Shown in pieces: positions 59,409 to 64,000 of a stretch of DNA of 64,000 bases. Source of the DNA: an uncultured delta proteobacterium (GTDB lineage Bacteria; Myxococcota_A; Polyangia; Fen-1088). Within the stretch, counting starts at the first letter, position 1, and every line of letters starts with the position of its first letter. The notes beneath the pieces are model-generated. The model was not told the origin of the DNA. It searched no databases and saw only the letters and a program-made list of their open reading frames with translations. A program made the translations under genes and the position numbers. The stretch spans positions 67,595-131,594 of the forward strand of contig CAWKJE010000003.1 of assembly GCA_963849735.1 (NCBI GenBank), written 5' to 3'.

Positions 59409-61415
59409 ATGGCAATCCACCCCGCTCGACGCTCGCCCTTCCCCATTCCTCTGCTCGTCCTCTTGATCACGGCCTGCGTGCGGTCGTCAAGTGGCGGCGC
59501 TGCGGATGCCAGCCCGCGTAGAGCGGAAGGGGGCTTTAGCGAGCCCGATGTGGGAGTGACGTGGTCCGCGCCAGGGGTCGACGGGGGCGGCGGCGTCACG
59601 GGGGCCGACGGCGGCGGCGCAGCCCCGGCGCTGGACGCTGGTCCCTGGTCGCCCTCTCCTGCCTGCCTGACCCAGGCGAGCACCCTGGCGGCCGCCCTCA
59701 CGCCGGCGCAGCGCTATGGTCAGATGACGCAAGTGGACAGCGACGGGCTTACGGTTAGCCAGGCCTCCTCGGGCTACCTGGGGGCCGTGCTCAGCGGCGG
59801 CAATTCCTTCCCACCGTCGGGCAACTCGGCCAGCGATTGGGTCAATTTCGTCTCGCCATACCTTGGGGTTGCCCAGTCGTTTAATCCCCACATCGGTATG
59901 CTCTACGGCTCCGACGCGGTCCACGGCAACAACCACACCCAGGGCGCCACCATTTTCCCGCACAACATCGGGCTGGGGGCGACACGCGACGCAGGGCTGG
60001 TCGAGCAGGTGGAGCGGACCACCGCGCTCGAGATCCTGGCCGTGGGCATCAACTGGGCCTTTGCCCCGACTCTGGCGGCGGCGCAGGATATCCGCTGGGG
60101 GCGCACCTACGAATCATTCAGTGAATCGCCGGATCTGGCCGGCGAGCTGGGGGCAGCGGCGGTGCTCGGCCTGCAAAATGGCCGGCTGGGCAGTAGCCAG
60201 AGCGTGCTCGCCTGTGCCAAGCACTATGCGGGTGACGGCGCGACCGATGGGGGCGTTAACGCCGGCAACGTCACCCTCGACGAAGCCACCTTCCGCCAGC
60301 TGGCTATTGCGCCCTACGTGCCCGCCATCGCGGCCGGGGTGGGCTCGATCATGGTCAGCTATAGTAGCTACCAGGGGCAGCAGATGGCGGGTTCACAAGA
60401 GTGGCTGACCGGGGTTCTCAAGGGCGAGCTCGGGTTCAACGGTTTCCTGGTCTCGGACTGGAATGCCGTCAATCTTCTTCCCGGTTCTTATAGCGACCAG
60501 GTCAAGACCGCCATCAACGCCGGGCTGGACATGGTCATGATCTCGCAAACCAATGGCGCCCCCTCCGCCGCCGATTTCGCCAGCACCCTCGGGACTTTGG
60601 TCAGCTCCGGCGCGGTCAGCAACGATCGTATCATGGACGCCGTGGGCCGCATCCTGAGCGTGAAGTGCGAGATGGGCCTTCTGGCCAGCGATACCACCAT
60701 CGATCCGGCTCTGACTGCCGCGCTCGGCTCCTCTGACCACCGGGCGATTGCTCGCCAGGCGGTACGCGAGTCGCTGGTGCTGCTCAAGAATGACGGGCTC
60801 TTGCCCCTGGCCAGCAAGCCGTCGCGCGTCCACGTGACGGGCAGCGGAGCCGATTCCTTGGCCAAGCAGTGCGGGGGCTGGACCGTGGCCTGGCAGGGAC
60901 TGGGCACTGACGGTTCGTCCACCGACACCACCACCGGGACCACGGTGCTAGGCGCCATCAAGAGTCGCTTTGCCGGCACCAGCACCTCCGTCACCTCGTC
61001 GAGCGATGGTAGTGGCGCGGCGGGAGCAGATTATGCCGTGGTCGTGGTGGGGGAGCCGCCGTACGCGGAGACCCAGGGCGACAGCACGAACCCGACCCTG
61101 AGCGATGACGATTTCGCGGCCATAGCCAAGGTCAAGGCGGCAGGCGTCCCCTTCGCCGTCGTGTTGTTCTCGGGGCGGCCGCTCATCTTGACCACGAGCG
61201 GCGGAGTGTCCGCGCTGGATGAGGCCAACGCCTTCGTGGCCGCCTGGCTGCCGGGAACGGAAGGGGAGGGTATCGTCGACGTGCTGTTCGGTGATGACAA
61301 GCCCACCGGCCAGCTCAGCTTCACCTGGCCAGCCACCCTGTCGCAGCTCCCAATCCATTACGGTGACGGCCAGACCCCGCTCTTCCCCTTCGGCTTCGGG
61401 CTCAGTTATCCCTAG
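59409..61415 (+). CDS. glycoside hydrolase family 3 (beta-glucosidase/beta-hexosaminidase-like), secreted
   Basis: ATG at 59409 with GGAGGAG RBS. Signal peptide. 'GFLVSDWNAV' GH3 catalytic Asp region. Confidence 0.8.
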   Translation: MAIHPARRSPFPIPLLVLLITACVRSSSGGAADASPRRAEGGFSEPDVGVTWSAPGVDGGGGVTGADGGGAAPALDAGPWSPSPACLTQASTLAAALTPAQRYGQMTQVDSDGLTVSQASSGYLGAVLSGGNSFPPSGNSASDWVNFVSPYLGVAQSFNPHIGMLYGSDAVHGNNHTQGATIFPHNIGLGATRDAGLVEQVERTTALEILAVGINWAFAPTLAAAQDIRWGRTYESFSESPDLAGELGAAAVLGLQNGRLGSSQSVLACAKHYAGDGATDGGVNAGNVTLDEATFRQLAIAPYVPAIAAGVGSIMVSYSSYQGQQMAGSQEWLTGVLKGELGFNGFLVSDWNAVNLLPGSYSDQVKTAINAGLDMVMISQTNGAPSAADFASTLGTLVSSGAVSNDRIMDAVGRILSVKCEMGLLASDTTIDPALTAALGSSDHRAIARQAVRESLVLLKNDGLLPLASKPSRVHVTGSGADSLAKQCGGWTVAWQGLGTDGSSTDTTTGTTVLGAIKSRFAGTSTSVTSSSDGSGAAGADYAVVVVGEPPYAETQGDSTNPTLSDDDFAAIAKVKAAGVPFAVVLFSGRPLILTTSGGVSALDEANAFVAAWLPGTEGEGIVDVLFGDDKPTGQLSFTWPATLSQLPIHYGDGQTPLFPFGFGLSYP

Positions 61416-62656
61416 GGCAGCTCGCTGGCCTTGGCTACCGCCGCGCCGCGACCGGGCTGGTCGGGTGCGGGTCTGCGGGCAGGGCGTAGCCCCAGCGGGC
61501 TGCGGGTCATCTCCTCGACCGCGGCACACAGGCAGGCCAGGCGCTCGCCGCCGCGTCCAGCACCCCAGGCCGGCAGCGGCGTCAGGCCGAGGCGTTGCAC
61601 GCATTCTTCGATGGTCCCGGTGCGGCGGCCGAGCAGCCCGCCGGCGATAGGCCGCAGGTCTTGGCAATCGTTGGCGAGGGTCAAGCCGTCGGCGGCCAGG
61701 GTGGCGAGGGGAAAGTGGCCCCAGCCGAGAAGCAGGTCGGTGGGGCGCAGGAAAGCGCTAAAGCGGGTGACGAAGCTGGCCCAGGCCTCCCCGTTCGTGA
61801 GCGCCTCTTGGGCGAGCCTGATGTGGCGGCAGGTCGAGGGGGCGAGGCGGCCGCGCGGGGCCAGCACGGCCTCGAAGGTCTCGCCGGTGGCGAGGCGCTG
61901 GGCCAGCCAGTGGACGGTCTCGGGTGGGGTGCGTTCGGGATGCAGGTGTGGCCATGCGTTGGCTTCGCCGTGCACGCAGACCAGGTCAGCGACGCGCAAT
62001 CGCAGCTCCGCCGGTATCGGGTCGCGCGGCGGCCGGGGAGCGCTGGGCCGGTGATGGCGGCCGGCCCTCACCACCCTGGCGAAGTGCAGCTGGCGCTCGA
62101 CCAGGCTGGCCAGGGGACGCACGAGCCCGCGCCACCGATCGTGGTCATTTTCCAGATAGCCGAGCACGTGGGCGATGGCCTCGATGGTGGCCACGCAGTG
62201 ATGGGCGGGTTCGCGGCGAATCTCCCCGTAGGGGCTGGGGCGGGGCGGGGTCAGGCGCAGGCGGGGCAGGGCGGCCAGCTCAGGATTGAGCTTGAGCAGC
62301 TTGCTCGCCTGCCACCAGGTGCCATCGAGGACGACCAGGGTGATGGGCGAGGCGAAGCTCGCGTTTTCGACATCGAGGGCATGCTCTCCGGGAAAGAGCA
62401 GCCATGCGTTGCCCGCGGCCAGACAAGCCCGTACCACGGGATCCCGGCTGAAATCGAGGTCGGTGCGCAAGATCGCATTTTGCAGGCCCAGGCGGGCCAA
62501 GCGCGCGGTTCCGAGGGGAACGTCCCGTTCGCGGGGGTGCTGGAGGATCAGCACCTTGGTCGAGCTTGGCAGCGGGGTCAGCCCGGCGCACAGGCACTGC
62601 GAGCTCGGACGGCGGCAGCTGGGGCAGACCGGCCGGGGCGCGCGCGGCGCGGCCAT
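61412..62656 (-). CDS. DTW-domain protein (tRNA-uridine aminocarboxypropyltransferase-like) with long C-terminal extension
   Basis: N-terminal 'CPSCRRPSSQCLC' Cys cluster. 'LVVLDGTWWQASKLL' DTW motif. ATG at 62656. Confidence 0.65.
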   Translation of the reverse strand: MAAPRAPRPVCPSCRRPSSQCLCAGLTPLPSSTKVLILQHPRERDVPLGTARLARLGLQNAILRTDLDFSRDPVVRACLAAGNAWLLFPGEHALDVENASFASPITLVVLDGTWWQASKLLKLNPELAALPRLRLTPPRPSPYGEIRREPAHHCVATIEAIAHVLGYLENDHDRWRGLVRPLASLVERQLHFARVVRAGRHHRPSAPRPPRDPIPAELRLRVADLVCVHGEANAWPHLHPERTPPETVHWLAQRLATGETFEAVLAPRGRLAPSTCRHIRLAQEALTNGEAWASFVTRFSAFLRPTDLLLGWGHFPLATLAADGLTLANDCQDLRPIAGGLLGRRTGTIEECVQRLGLTPLPAWGAGRGGERLACLCAAVEEMTRSPLGLRPARRPAPDQPGRGAAVAKASELP

Positions 62657-62682
62657 CACCCCAGCGTCGGCTTGCCCCCGGT

Positions 62683-63501
62683 TCAATCGCCCTGTTGCTC
62701 GTTGATGAGGTACTTGGCGACCACGGATTCGACGGACTGCGCTGTTTGGCCGCGCAGTATTTGGCCGAGCGCGCTCAGGTCCGACTGCCAGGCCACATCC
62801 CCCGGAGCGAGCACGCATAGGCGGCCACTGTCGTAGGTGTCGTGGAGCTTGCCCTCTTTGAAGTAGTAGTGCGACTCGCTGGTCGCGGTGGGGTAAGGGT
62901 GCATGGCGGGGGGGATGTCGCTAGGACGGAACCAGAGCTTGATCTCGCGCTCGGCGTCGGTCGGGTTGGCCGAGGCGTGGATGAGGTTGTCCATGCGCTC
63001 ACCCAGGACCTTGCCCTCCTTGTCCTTCACGATCTCCACCGTGCCCAGGGAACGGATGCAGCCCGGGCGCTCGTCGCGCGCCTTGTGCGGATTGGTCGGC
63101 CCGCACAGCTCGCGCACGCGGGCGACCGCGCCCGGCCCTTGATACACCAGGGCGATAACTCGGCGCTTTCCTGGCTCTTGCGGGTAGTGCAGGCGGCCTT
63201 GGATGTAGTCGAGCAGCGAGGGGAAGAAGAACTTGCCTCGGTGCTCGGCGTAGTGCTCGCCGGCCAGCATGGTGCTGACGTTGACGATCTTCGCCCCTGC
63301 AAAGCGCAACCCGGTGTGGAACTCGGAGAGCTGGGAGAGGACGTATCCGGTCAGGGAGTTCTTGAGGGCGTCTGGCTTGATCAAGACCAGGGTTTGCTCG
63401 ATGTCTTTCTGTTCCACGTAATCAGATCCCTTCTTGGCGACGGTGCTGGCTGGGCGAATGAGCGATCGGCCGTGGCTATCCCGCTTGGGCCGCCTGGTCA
63501 A
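62683..63501 (-). CDS. ndk: nucleoside-diphosphate kinase-like protein, unusually long (272 aa); start uncertain
   Basis: 'TLVLIKPDA', 'GTVEIVKDKEG', 'NLIHASANPTDAEREIKLWF' match NDK core motifs, with insertions and a ~100-aa C-terminal extension. Confidence 0.55.
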   Translation of the reverse strand: MTRRPKRDSHGRSLIRPASTVAKKGSDYVEQKDIEQTLVLIKPDALKNSLTGYVLSQLSEFHTGLRFAGAKIVNVSTMLAGEHYAEHRGKFFFPSLLDYIQGRLHYPQEPGKRRVIALVYQGPGAVARVRELCGPTNPHKARDERPGCIRSLGTVEIVKDKEGKVLGERMDNLIHASANPTDAEREIKLWFRPSDIPPAMHPYPTATSESHYYFKEGKLHDTYDSGRLCVLAPGDVAWQSDLSALGQILRGQTAQSVESVVAKYLINEQQGD

Positions 63502-64000
63502 CGATGGCCTTGGTCTTCTTTGCGATCATGAGCTCTTCGTTGGTGGGCACCACCCAGGCCGAGATGCGCGAACCATCGCGGGTGATGACCTTCTCCTTGG
63601 CCTCCGAGCCGTTGCGGTCAGGGTCGAGCTCGGCCCCCACGAAGGCCAGCGGCTCGAGGATGCGGGCCCGAATGGCCGTGGCGTTTTCCCCGATGCCGCC
63701 CGTGAACACGATGGCATCGGCGCCGCCCATGGCGGCGATATAAGAGCCGATGTACTTGACCACGCGGTAGACGAAGATGTCGAGCGCGAGCAGGGCGCGC
63801 GGGTTGCCCTCCGCGGCCTTCTCGGCTACCTGGCGCATGTCATTGCTGATGCCCGAGACACCCTTGACGCCGCTCTTGTTGTTGAGCAGCGTGTTCATTT
63901 CCGCCAGCGACAGCTTCTGCTTGTCCATTATGTAGAGGACAACCGCGGGATCCATGTCGCCGGCCCGCGTCCCCATGAGCACGCCTTCGAGGGGTGTGAG
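63476..64000 (-). CDS. ackA: acetate kinase, C-terminal part (5' end beyond window)
   Basis: 'IVFTGGIGENATAIRARILE' and 'VVPTNEELMIA' are characteristic AckA C-terminal motifs. Confidence 0.8.
   Translation of the reverse strand, partial: LTPLEGVLMGTRAGDMDPAVVLYIMDKQKLSLAEMNTLLNNKSGVKGVSGISNDMRQVAEKAAEGNPRALLALDIFVYRVVKYIGSYIAAMGGADAIVFTGGIGENATAIRARILEPLAFVGAELDPDRNGSEAKEKVITRDGSRISAWVVPTNEELMIAKKTKAIVDQAAQAG

Overview
High-GC (~68-70%) bacterial chromosome segment. Gene content (many Ser/Thr kinases, PEGA/TPR proteins) points to a myxobacterium or relative. The window divides at a tRNA-Ala(CGC) gene at 37517-37590. To the right (37.6-64 kb) are ordinary housekeeping genes: tlyA, an NAD-dependent epimerase, a TetR-regulated MFS/HlyD/TolC efflux operon, greA, hisI, a DinG-like helicase, Ser/Thr kinases, a PAS sensor kinase, ugd, rseP, glycosyltransferases, thiD, a GH3 glycosidase, a DTW protein, an NDK-like protein and ackA. 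To the left (1-37.5 kb) is an accessory 'defense island'. It contains: (i) a partial PD-(D/E)xK nuclease gene translationally coupled (ATGA overlap) to a 187-aa unknown protein; (ii) an uncharacterised minus-strand operon of unknown 428-aa protein, frameshifted two-HKD phospholipase-D-family nuclease and compact SNF2-family helicase, which is the best candidate for an undescribed helicase/nuclease defense system; (iii) a truncated IS4-family transposase remnant and an IS256-family transposase whose ORF reads straight into the CRISPR array; (iv) a very large type I-C CRISPR array of 130 perfect 37-bp repeats and 129 spacers (9670-18901), transcribed on the minus strand, with leader at 18902-19084; (v) a complete type I-C cas operon on the minus strand (WYL-domain regulator, cas3, cas5c, cas8c, cas7c, cas4, cas1, cas2); (vi) TPR/PEGA and lipoprotein genes and a phaR-like pseudogene; (vii) a phage-like module (ribbon-helix-helix gene divergent from a sigma70-like promoter driving small overlapping ORFs, excisionase-type HTH gene, two large unknown proteins) ending in a tyrosine integrase next to the tRNA 3' end. 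Many ORFs in the six-frame track are spurious antisense or off-frame ORFs typical of high-GC DNA, and all ORFs inside 9670-18901 are translated CRISPR repeats.
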